Made by a program: the position numbers and the translations under genes
Shown: positions 56,592-64,000 of the stretch, piece after piece
How the letters are laid out: each line of letters starts with the position of its first letter
Numbering within the stretch: the stretch's first letter is position 1
Origin: Candidatus Dormiibacterota bacterium
GTDB lineage: Bacteria; Chloroflexota; Dormibacteria; Aeolococcales; Aeolococcaceae
Length of the DNA: 64,000 nucleotides
Reading direction: 5' to 3'
NCBI GenBank assembly: GCA_963718525.1
Contig: OY970355.1
Span: 3,168,001-3,232,000 of the forward strand
The notes under the pieces: model-generated
Database searches by the model: none
What the model was told of the DNA's origin: nothing
Seen by the model: the letters and a program-made list of their open reading frames with translations, nothing else

Positions 56592-58034
56592 TCAGAGGTT
56601 CGTCGCGATGAGCAGCACCGCGGCTGCGGTCATCAGGGCTGTGGCAATCCACACGAGCGAGTTGCTCAACAACCCACTGCGGTGCTCCCCCATCACCGTG
56701 CGATCGCGAGCAAGCAGCGCGATCAAGACGAGGATCGGGGGTGCCACCAGGCCGTTGATGATCGCGGTGACCACCAGCGCCTGGATCGGATCGATGTTGA
56801 GGACACTCATCAGCAGCCCGCCGATCAGTGCAACGGCAATGAGCCCGTAAAACGTCGGACGCGACCTCGGCGTCTCGCTGAGGCCGCCGCGGAATCCGAA
56901 GAACTCCTTGACGGCATACGCTGCACTGGCGGTGAGCACCGGAATGGCAAGCAGGCCCGTGCCGATCATCCCGAGCGCGAACAGCACGAATGCGAACGGT
57001 CCGGCAAGCGGCTTGAGTGCCTCCGCGGCCTGTTGCGCGGTCTGGATGCCCGCGTGTCCGGATCCATGGAGCACCGTTCCGGACGCGAGGATGATGCAGT
57101 ACATCACCAGCTGGGAGAACAGCATTCCGATGGCAACATCGAGTCGCGCTGCGCGCAGCTCCTTCCGACTGGTGCCCTGGCGCTCGCGCTCGGTGGTCGC
57201 ACCTGCAGCCTTCATCTCGTCAACCTCGCTCGACGCCTGCCAGAAGAACAGGTAGGGGCTGATGGTCGTGCCGAGAATCGCGACGACGATGCCGATGAAA
57301 CCTTTGTTCAGCTCGAAGTGCGGGATGAAGGTCGCCTCGAGTGTTGCCATCAGCGGCGGGTGCACGATGACGACGGTGACGACGTAGGCGAAGAGCGCCA
57401 GCGTGAGGTACTTGAAGCAGCGGAAGATCACCGAGTACGACAGTCGAAGCTGCATGAAGCCGATGAGCAGAGCCACCGGCAGGAGGAACCACGCGGGCGG
57501 GATGTGGCTCCCGGTCAGCAGCGACCCTCCGGCGGCCACAGCTCCGAGGTCGGCGCCGACATTGATCGTGTTGGCGCAGAAGACGAGAACGATGCACAAG
57601 CCCACCAGGACGGTGGGAAACTTGCGGCGCAGCGAGGTACCGAGACCGACCCCGGTCTGCAAAGCGACCCGGGCACAGGCTTCCTGGACGGCAATCATCA
57701 AAGGGAAGGTGAAGATCGCAAGCCAGAGCGCGCCGAGCCCGAATTGGCTCCCCGCCTGCGAGTAGGTCCCGATTCCGGACGGGTCGTCGTCGGAGGCACC
57801 GGTGATCAGACCGGGGCCGAGCAGGTGGACGATGCCGGCCGGTCCGCGCTGTAAGACCTCATCGACGCTGCTCCGTCCGGCCTTCGGTGACCCGGTGGCC
57901 GCCCCGGTACCAGGCTCTTTCGCCACGACCTCCGGCGGCGGCTCGGCTTCGACGCCGGAGATTCGTGACGCAACCGCGCGGATCGGATCCTCCCGCTCCT
58001 CAGAATCAGCCGGCACTGGCCCTCGTGTCGCCAT
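56592..58034 (-). CDS. NRAMP-family divalent metal transporter (DDDPSG subfamily)
   Basis: LGPGLITGASDDDPSGIGTYSQAG, NTINVGADL, LGTTISPYLFFWQ. Confidence 0.9.
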   Translation of the reverse strand: MATRGPVPADSEEREDPIRAVASRISGVEAEPPPEVVAKEPGTGAATGSPKAGRSSVDEVLQRGPAGIVHLLGPGLITGASDDDPSGIGTYSQAGSQFGLGALWLAIFTFPLMIAVQEACARVALQTGVGLGTSLRRKFPTVLVGLCIVLVFCANTINVGADLGAVAAGGSLLTGSHIPPAWFLLPVALLIGFMQLRLSYSVIFRCFKYLTLALFAYVVTVVIVHPPLMATLEATFIPHFELNKGFIGIVVAILGTTISPYLFFWQASSEVDEMKAAGATTERERQGTSRKELRAARLDVAIGMLFSQLVMYCIILASGTVLHGSGHAGIQTAQQAAEALKPLAGPFAFVLFALGMIGTGLLAIPVLTASAAYAVKEFFGFRGGLSETPRSRPTFYGLIAVALIGGLLMSVLNIDPIQALVVTAIINGLVAPPILVLIALLARDRTVMGEHRSGLLSNSLVWIATALMTAAAVLLIATNL

Positions 58035-58322
58035 TCAGGATCCTCGGGTTGGCCGTTGTTGCACTATGCCGATTCGACAGGAGCCGCCCGCAGTCGTGGC
58101 GCGCGAGGCGCATATGCGCTCCTTACGGTGGCTGGCTAAGTAAATATGATAGCGAGACTACCACATTGAACGCCATCATGACGGGTGGGGCGTGCCGGAC
58201 GGTCACCGGCGTGTAACGCGGCGTGAGCGAGGCGTCGGATAGGAGTGCTCTCGAACCTGCAGGTGCGCTTCATTAGGAGGCATTGGGCGGCGCCGGCCGC
58301 CGACCACGAGGAGGTTCGCTGC

Positions 58323-59063
58323 ATGGCGTCGCCGGAAAGGCCAACGATCGCTGCGGGAAGCGGACCACGCCGTCGCGCCCTCTTCCACCGAAACCGGCCC
58401 GAGGCAGCGCTCGAACCCACCCCGCCGCCCATTCTGGCCACCGGCGTCACCTGCACAGTCCCCGGCTGCGCGAACGACACCGCGCAGCCCTGCGCCTATC
58501 GCGACGGGCGAGGGCGCGCGTGCGCAGCCGCCTACTGCCCCGATCATGGGGTGTCCACCAACGGCAGGTTCTACTGCCGGCGTCATGCCGGTGTCGTCCG
58601 CGCCGTCGGCGCCATGGAGACGCCTGCCGGTGGAATGCCGGACGTGGACAACCGCGCTCCGTCCCTGGTGAACTGGATCGCGCGTGACCTTGACGGCAAT
58701 GTCCGCCGGTTGCTTTCCGGCTGCGCGAACCGTGGCGAGAGCGTCATCACCGACGAGACGGTGCACATCGCGCGGGATTTCAACCGCAAGGCACGGTGGG
58801 AGCAGAGCTGGCGGCTCGTGGACCACACCGGACTGATCCTCAAGGTGACGATTCAGGTGTTCGAAGAGAACGACACACTGGTGCGCGTGCATGTCGGCAG
58901 CGGCGTGATCGCGGATGCGGTGCCGCCCTGGATCGTGCGCAGAACCGAGGACACCGACGTGGCAACGGATGTTGCCCAACGGCAGCGCTTCTACCAATGG
59001 CTCGACGAGAGCATCTTCATGGCCGTGGATCGGTTTCGGACCGATCGCGACGGTATGCGCTAG
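58323..59063 (+). CDS. Hypothetical protein with Cys/His-rich putative Zn-binding domain
   Basis: GAGGAGG RBS; C-x4-C-x7-C-x9-C-x4-C-x2-H-x9-C-x2-H. Confidence 0.75.
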   Translation: MASPERPTIAAGSGPRRRALFHRNRPEAALEPTPPPILATGVTCTVPGCANDTAQPCAYRDGRGRACAAAYCPDHGVSTNGRFYCRRHAGVVRAVGAMETPAGGMPDVDNRAPSLVNWIARDLDGNVRRLLSGCANRGESVITDETVHIARDFNRKARWEQSWRLVDHTGLILKVTIQVFEENDTLVRVHVGSGVIADAVPPWIVRRTEDTDVATDVAQRQRFYQWLDESIFMAVDRFRTDRDGMR

Positions 59064-59087
59064 CTCTCGACGAGGCGATGACAGCGA

Positions 59088-59828
59088 TCAGTCGCTGAGA
59101 ATCGAGGGTTGGGGCATCCCTTCGAGCACGCCCGATGTGGCATGGGCGGCCGGGCTTCCCGGGACATACACGGTGACGCCACCCGCCCCCAGGCATCGCC
59201 ACGATCCTGACTCCCACAGTGCGCAGGTGCGCTCATCGATGCCGATCAGCACGGCGTCTGGCAACGCTGCTCGGGCCGAGGGGTACCATCGCTGACCGAA
59301 GGTGTCGTGGTGCGGAATCACGGCCGCGTTGGTGATGACGCCAAGCCCGGGCACCGCGCGGCGCTGGGTGTGGCCGGGAAAGGACTGTCGAACCAAGGTC
59401 TCCGAGCACAGCGCCATCGCACCGGCCGACGAACCGGCGAGGGCTGCCCCATTCCGCCATGCCGCGATGATCGCGTTGCCAACCGGGCTGCGGCTGAGAA
59501 CCGACACCACGAGTTCCGGGTCACCGCCCGGGATGTAGCAGAATCCGGCATGAGCCGACTGCTCGACGAGCCGCGGGTCGTGTGCCTGCTTTCTTGTGTA
59601 CACCGCGAGCTCGGCGACGTCCAGGCCGAATCGGCGAAACCATTCCTGCGCGTGCCGTACGGCCAGTTCCGGACGCGACCTCGCCGCGGCAGTTGCAATG
59701 ACGTAGGCAGGCCCTCGCGCCGCTGCGGCGAGCAGAGCGTCGTGCGGCTCATTGCCTGGATGAAACTCGTCGCCGCCGACCAGTGCGAGCAACCCAGGGC
59801 TCGGTTCGACACGGTGCGACTCCATCAC
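59088..59828 (-). CDS. Peptidase S51 (cyanophycinase-like), second copy
   Basis: ALVGGDEF, YIPGGDP, AGSSAGAM, IPHH, GIDERT. Confidence 0.85.
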   Translation of the reverse strand: MMESHRVEPSPGLLALVGGDEFHPGNEPHDALLAAAARGPAYVIATAAARSRPELAVRHAQEWFRRFGLDVAELAVYTRKQAHDPRLVEQSAHAGFCYIPGGDPELVVSVLSRSPVGNAIIAAWRNGAALAGSSAGAMALCSETLVRQSFPGHTQRRAVPGLGVITNAAVIPHHDTFGQRWYPSARAALPDAVLIGIDERTCALWESGSWRCLGAGGVTVYVPGSPAAHATSGVLEGMPQPSILSD

Positions 59829-59886
59829 CCACCGTCACCGGCCGTGTGACGGCGTTCCGTGCGCAGGCGCGCTGTCCAAGCGAACG

Positions 59887-60069
59887 TCAGGCGCTGATGC
59901 GTTGCGCTTGTAGAGCTGCCTCGAGACGCAGTCGAGCGTCGGCCTCCCGCCTCGCCTCCACGACCAAGTCCGTCAGCACGCGAGACGTGTCTCGCTGCTG
60001 CAGATACCTCTTGATCAATCGGCTCTCAGCGTGGTCTGCACGGCGCTGCTGCCACCAAATCCAGGCCAT
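59887..60069 (-). CDS. Small hypothetical protein (60 aa)
   Basis: AAAGGA RBS before ATG; predicted helical; no motif. Confidence 0.55.
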   Translation of the reverse strand: MAWIWWQQRRADHAESRLIKRYLQQRDTSRVLTDLVVEARREADARLRLEAALQAQRISA

Positions 60070-60204
60070 CGGGGTTTCCTTTCTAGACGCTCTCAGTCTA
60101 GCTCGGAAGTCCCGTCTCGGCAGGCATTTTCGTGAGCAATACTTGGGTCACTGCCCTCTGCTGGGAAGGGCCGCTGCTTTCGCCGATCCGGGGGCGAAAA
60201 ATGG

Positions 60205-60879
60205 TCAGGTGGAGTGCCGGAAGGCGACGCTGATCCGCGGCCCGGCTGTCGCGACCTTGGGAACAGCGTGGAGCCACGTGCGCTGGCTGGTCCCTCCCAT
60301 GACCACGAGATCGCCCATTCCGAGCGCCAGCGAGAGCTCGGTCTTCCCCTCTCGTGGGCGCATGACGAACCGGCGGGGGTGCCCCAGCGATACGGTGGCG
60401 ACCACCGGATCGACGATGCGGCGCGGGATGTGATCCCCATGCCAGGCCACCGAGTCACGGCCATCCCGATACAGGTTGGCGCTCACCGAGTCGAACGGGC
60501 GCTCATAGCTTTGGACCAGCAGTTCGAGCATCCGCCCGACGGAGGCAGGGAGGGTCGCGAGGTCTGCAGGTGCCGGCCATCGGGCGACCAACCGAGGGGT
60601 GACCACGACCTTTCCGTAGAGCTCCTGAGTCGTCGACTCCCACGGCGCTGACCGCATCAACTCCTCGAACAGGCTGTCGGCGCCACTCAGCCATCCCGCT
60701 GTGTGATCGACCCACGCGGTGGCGTCCAGCTGGTGCCGGATCAGGCCCGAGAAGTGAGGATCGGGAAGCGGTTCGCCCTGGCCGAACAGCGAGGGCTGCC
60801 ACGCGCGTTCCGCCGGCGGGTTCGGCGCGGCAACCTCAGCGCGTTCTCGATCGTCGTTGAAATACGCAGAGGCGTCCAC
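60205..60879 (-). CDS. alkB: AlkB-family 2OG-Fe(II) dioxygenase (ALKBH2/3-like)
   Basis: TPRLVA, NLYRDGRDSVAWHGD (HxD), WLHAVPK, RISVAFR. Confidence 0.9.
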   Translation of the reverse strand: MDASAYFNDDRERAEVAAPNPPAERAWQPSLFGQGEPLPDPHFSGLIRHQLDATAWVDHTAGWLSGADSLFEELMRSAPWESTTQELYGKVVVTPRLVARWPAPADLATLPASVGRMLELLVQSYERPFDSVSANLYRDGRDSVAWHGDHIPRRIVDPVVATVSLGHPRRFVMRPREGKTELSLALGMGDLVVMGGTSQRTWLHAVPKVATAGPRISVAFRHST

Positions 60880-60940
60880 GAGGACATCTGTACCGCGAGG
60901 GCCCCTGCCGCGAAACGAACCCGCTCAGGGGCCACACCGC

Positions 60941-61810
60941 TTATGGCGCGGGCCTCGACATACGCCGCCACCACCGCGGTGCCAGCAACCATCCGGCCAA
61001 TGCCAGAGCGGCGATGACCAGCACGGGAAGCGCGGTGATCACGACGTCGAGCACGTCGCCAGTGAGCTGGACGGCGTTGTGCCAACCGCCGGTCAATCCG
61101 TCGTTCAGCGGGCTCGGCGCCGATGCGGCGATCGTCGCGCCGCGTTCCGATAGGGCGATGGTCGCCATCGCGATGTCAACCGACGCGGTCAGCGCGTTGA
61201 GCTGGCCCTGATCGGTGTCGATCTCAACGGTCACCGCTTCGATCTGCTGCTCGAGCGTCGTGATGGCGTTCAGCGAGGTCGCGTTCGCGAGCAGCGAATC
61301 GAGCGCATGGAGATGCGCGTGCGCGGAGACCAGCTCTGCATTGACATCGACGAATGCGGCGTAGTGGTCGACACTGGCAAAGTCGATCGACGAAGCGACA
61401 TACGTTGCGGGCATTGCGTTGAGGAAAGCGGCGATGCTGGTCGCAGGAATGTCGAGGCTCACAGAGCCGGCAACGATGCGGCCGGTGGACTCGGGGTACG
61501 TCGTCGAGCTGGCGACATAGCCGCCAAGCGCGACCGCACGGGCGATGACACTGTCGAACGACGCGAGAAACGTGCCTGCCGGGACTGTGTAGGCTGCACG
61601 AACCGAGCGCTGCAGCCCGGCCGACTGCGGCACCCCGATGGTGATGCCGCGGCTTGCTCCCGCGGTGCCCTGCGTGGTGCCGGCCGCCGCCGCAGCGGCC
61701 GGTGCGGCGACGGCGGTCGATGCGGTTGTCGAGGCGGTGCTCGCGCAACCCGCAAGCACCCCTGCGGTCGAAGCGAACACCAGGCCGATTGCAAGACGAG
61801 GACTGAACAT
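60941..61810 (-). CDS. DUF4349-like lipoprotein
   Basis: Lipobox LAGC; GGYVASS, coiled-coil (LEQQIEAVTVEIDTDQGQLNAL), ATIALSE, C-terminal TM + RR. Confidence 0.75.
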   Translation of the reverse strand: MFSPRLAIGLVFASTAGVLAGCASTASTTASTAVAAPAAAAAAGTTQGTAGASRGITIGVPQSAGLQRSVRAAYTVPAGTFLASFDSVIARAVALGGYVASSTTYPESTGRIVAGSVSLDIPATSIAAFLNAMPATYVASSIDFASVDHYAAFVDVNAELVSAHAHLHALDSLLANATSLNAITTLEQQIEAVTVEIDTDQGQLNALTASVDIAMATIALSERGATIAASAPSPLNDGLTGGWHNAVQLTGDVLDVVITALPVLVIAALALAGWLLAPRWWRRMSRPAP

Positions 61811-61906
61811 CGATGATCTCCGTGCGTTCGTGCTGTCAGAGCAGGGACGCAGTCACCGCGTCTCAGGTTCCCGTCAATCGGCCGAGGCGGCGTCAGTTTC
61901 GGCCGG

Positions 61907-63331
61907 TCAGAGGCGCTCGCGGCTGGCGGTCCGGCCCTCGAGCACCACCTCCGTGACTGGGTGCCGATCCACCACCGCCTCTTCCCGGACGCGATAGGTC
62001 ACTCCCGCAATCGCGGCGACCACGACGCAGATCAACGCAGCCCCGGCGAAGATACTCGCTGTCGCGACGTCGGCCCGGGATGATCCCGCAGCCGTGTAGA
62101 TGGCACCCGTGATGCCCAGGCCGGTGATGACTCCGGCGTTGCGCGCGGCGGAGAGCAATGCCGCCGCGCCTCCGAACGCGTCAGGCGGCGCCAGCCTCAT
62201 CGCCGCGGCCGTGTTGGGCGACGAGAAGAAGCCGTTGCCACATCCGATCAGAAAGAGTCCCGCCAGCAACAGCGGCCACACGACGCCGTGTGTCGCGAGC
62301 GCGGCGAGCACGAAGCCCAGCGCAGCCAAACTCATCCCCGCCGTCGTCACCAGCTGCGTCCGCCGAGCGTCACTCATCCGTCCGCCGGCGCGCGACGTCG
62401 CTCCAACCCCGACGCCAATCGGGAGAAAGGCGAGTCCGGCGACCACAGGTGCGACGCCGTGCGCTTCCTCCAGCCAGAACGGAAGGATCGCAAAGCACGA
62501 CATCAGCGTTCCCGTGCTCAGGATCGTTGCAAACGTCGCGGCGATGAACCGCGGTTGGCGGAACAGCCGGCGGTCCACCAGCGGCCTGCGTGCGATGAGC
62601 TCGGCGGGCAGCAGGAGCAGGAGCGCAATCCAGGCGACCGAGAACCACGCGATCGCCGGGATCCCGCCGAACACCGGCGCCGCCAGCGACGAGATCCCGG
62701 CTCCGACACCGAGGAAGATCGTCGACAGCAGCACGGCGCCCGGAATGTCGACGGCGCTGTCCCGGTGACCGACGCTCGCGGGGACTGCGGTCAATGTCAG
62801 CACGATGCCGAACACCGCGAGCGGCGGGCCTGCCCAGAACACCGCCTGCCAGCCGCCGAGCGCCACGAGCAGCCCACCCAACGGTGGGCCGATCAACCCG
62901 GCAACGGCCTGGGTGGTCACCATCACGGCGACGGATCTGCCGGTTCGACGCCGAGGCACATGCTCGGCGATCAGCGCGAGGCTGCCGGCCATCAGCACGC
63001 CGCCGCCGACCGCCTGCACCATCCGTCCGGCGAGCAGGACGGGGAATGTCGGCGCGATCGCAGCAAGGATCGAGCCGATTCCGAAGCATGCGAAACCGCC
63101 GATGTAGGCCCGTCGCCGCCCGAACCGATCGGAGAGTCGACCGATCGTCGGCAGCGTCGCCATGACCACGACCAGGTAGATCGCGATGACCTCCTGCCCC
63201 GACGCCAGCGGCACCGCGAAGCGCCTCGTGATTGGTGCGAGGGCCACCGCAACAATGGTGGCGTCGAGCATGCCGACGAACGCGCCGAGCGCGATCGCCG
63301 CCACCAGCCACGAGCGCCGTGCCGGATTCAT
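61907..63331 (-). CDS. DHA2-type MFS transporter
   Basis: MLDATIVAVAL, GRLSDRFGRRR, GRMVQAVGG, FSSPN. Confidence 0.9.
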   Translation of the reverse strand: MNPARRSWLVAAIALGAFVGMLDATIVAVALAPITRRFAVPLASGQEVIAIYLVVVMATLPTIGRLSDRFGRRRAYIGGFACFGIGSILAAIAPTFPVLLAGRMVQAVGGGVLMAGSLALIAEHVPRRRTGRSVAVMVTTQAVAGLIGPPLGGLLVALGGWQAVFWAGPPLAVFGIVLTLTAVPASVGHRDSAVDIPGAVLLSTIFLGVGAGISSLAAPVFGGIPAIAWFSVAWIALLLLLPAELIARRPLVDRRLFRQPRFIAATFATILSTGTLMSCFAILPFWLEEAHGVAPVVAGLAFLPIGVGVGATSRAGGRMSDARRTQLVTTAGMSLAALGFVLAALATHGVVWPLLLAGLFLIGCGNGFFSSPNTAAAMRLAPPDAFGGAAALLSAARNAGVITGLGITGAIYTAAGSSRADVATASIFAGAALICVVVAAIAGVTYRVREEAVVDRHPVTEVVLEGRTASRERL

Positions 63332-63383
63332 GCGCGCACAACGGTAACGCTTCGTCCCAGCCCCGCCGCAGGTGCCGGTGGGG

Positions 63384-64000
63384 CTACGTCGCGGCCTTCC
63401 CGGAGTCGGGTTTCAGGCCGTTACCCGCGTCGTGCTCACGGGACATGAAGCTGGCGAGCTCCTCGATGGTGCTCATGATCGGGGCGGGAAACACGACCGT
63501 CGTGTTCTTGTCAACGCCGATCTCCACGAGGCTCTGCAGGTTGCGGAGTTGGAGCGCCACGGGATGCGCCATCATGATGTCGGCTGCCACCCCGAGCTGG
63601 TCGGCGGCCAGCGCCTCGCCTTCGGCGGCAATGATCTTGGCCCGCTTCTCCCGCTCCGCCTCCGCCTGGCGGGCCATCGCCCGCTTCATGCTGTCCGGGA
63701 GCTGAATGTCCTTGAGCTCCACCAGCGTGACGAGCACGCCCCAATCGGACGTTGCGACGTCGAGGATCTCACGGATGCTCAGGTTGATTCGGTCGGTTTC
63801 GGCGAGCGTCTCGTCGAGCGTGTGCTGACCGACGACCTTGCGAAGTGTTGTCTGCGCGATCTGGTTGATGGCCGCGGCGACGTTCTCAATCGCCACCACC
63901 GATTTCACCGCATCGACAACCTTGAAATAGGCGACTGCCGAGACGTCGATGCTGACGTTGTCGCGCGTGATGATGCCCTGCGACTGGATCGGCATGGTGA
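63384..64000 (-). CDS. SPFH/stomatin (slipin) family protein, 5' end outside the window
   Basis: [56 protein letters not shown]. Confidence 0.93.
   Translation of the reverse strand, partial: TMPIQSQGIITRDNVSIDVSAVAYFKVVDAVKSVVAIENVAAAINQIAQTTLRKVVGQHTLDETLAETDRINLSIREILDVATSDWGVLVTLVELKDIQLPDSMKRAMARQAEAEREKRAKIIAAEGEALAADQLGVAADIMMAHPVALQLRNLQSLVEIGVDKNTTVVFPAPIMSTIEELASFMSREHDAGNGLKPDSGKAAT

Noticed and set aside
56592-58034. Assigning mntH to the NRAMP gene
   Set aside because: It lacks the DPGN and MPH motifs (has DDDPSG and TISPY), so the substrate cannot be assigned.
60148-60172. CACTG...GGGAAGG resembling part of a cobalamin riboswitch
   Set aside because: The other conserved elements (B12 box, CCCGC-ACTGT) are missing and there is no plus-strand gene downstream.
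113-63744. Numerous long overlapping alternative-frame ORFs (e.g. 52889..54349, 49177..50673, 28091..29395, 23927..25135)
   Set aside because: They overlap well-supported genes and have the low-complexity composition expected from stop-codon scarcity at high GC.

Overview
High-GC bacterial chromosomal segment. The gene content (group 1h hydrogenase, GylR regulators, PSTG-type sorting signal, many leaderless genes) suggests a soil monoderm such as Ca. Dormibacterota or Actinomycetota; this is an inference only. I found no rRNA, tRNA, CRISPR array, IS or phage genes. From left to right the window holds: (1) a high-affinity group 1h [NiFe]-hydrogenase (hhyS plus the 5' part of hhyL) preceded by PadR and LuxR/STAND regulators, methylaspartate ammonia-lyase and a cysteine hydrolase; (2) a ~17-kb glycerol/dihydroxyacetone island with two GylR-like IclR, PTS-dependent DhaKLM with its own EI and HPr, plsY, pgsA, glpF, two glpK, glpABC and a small His/Glu-rich repeat protein; (3) TetR-MFS; (4) a circularly permuted ATP-grasp with three transglutaminase-like genes (one with a poly-Gln tail) and no alpha-E partner; (5) a putatively wall-anchored DUF3494 ice-binding protein, phospholipase D and a phosphoesterase; (6) hydroquinone 1,2-dioxygenase plus aldehyde dehydrogenase flanked by a MoxR/VWA pair; (7) two convergent aromatic-pathway fusions (CM-PDT-ACT-DAHPS and TyrA-PDT); (8) ppc, a beta-HAD dehydrogenase, hyi and glycerate kinase; (9) lipoproteins, peptidases, transporters and a partial SPFH gene. 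Three genes carry frameshifts at short G runs, most likely sequencing errors. All calls rest on motif recognition by eye; no database searches were run.
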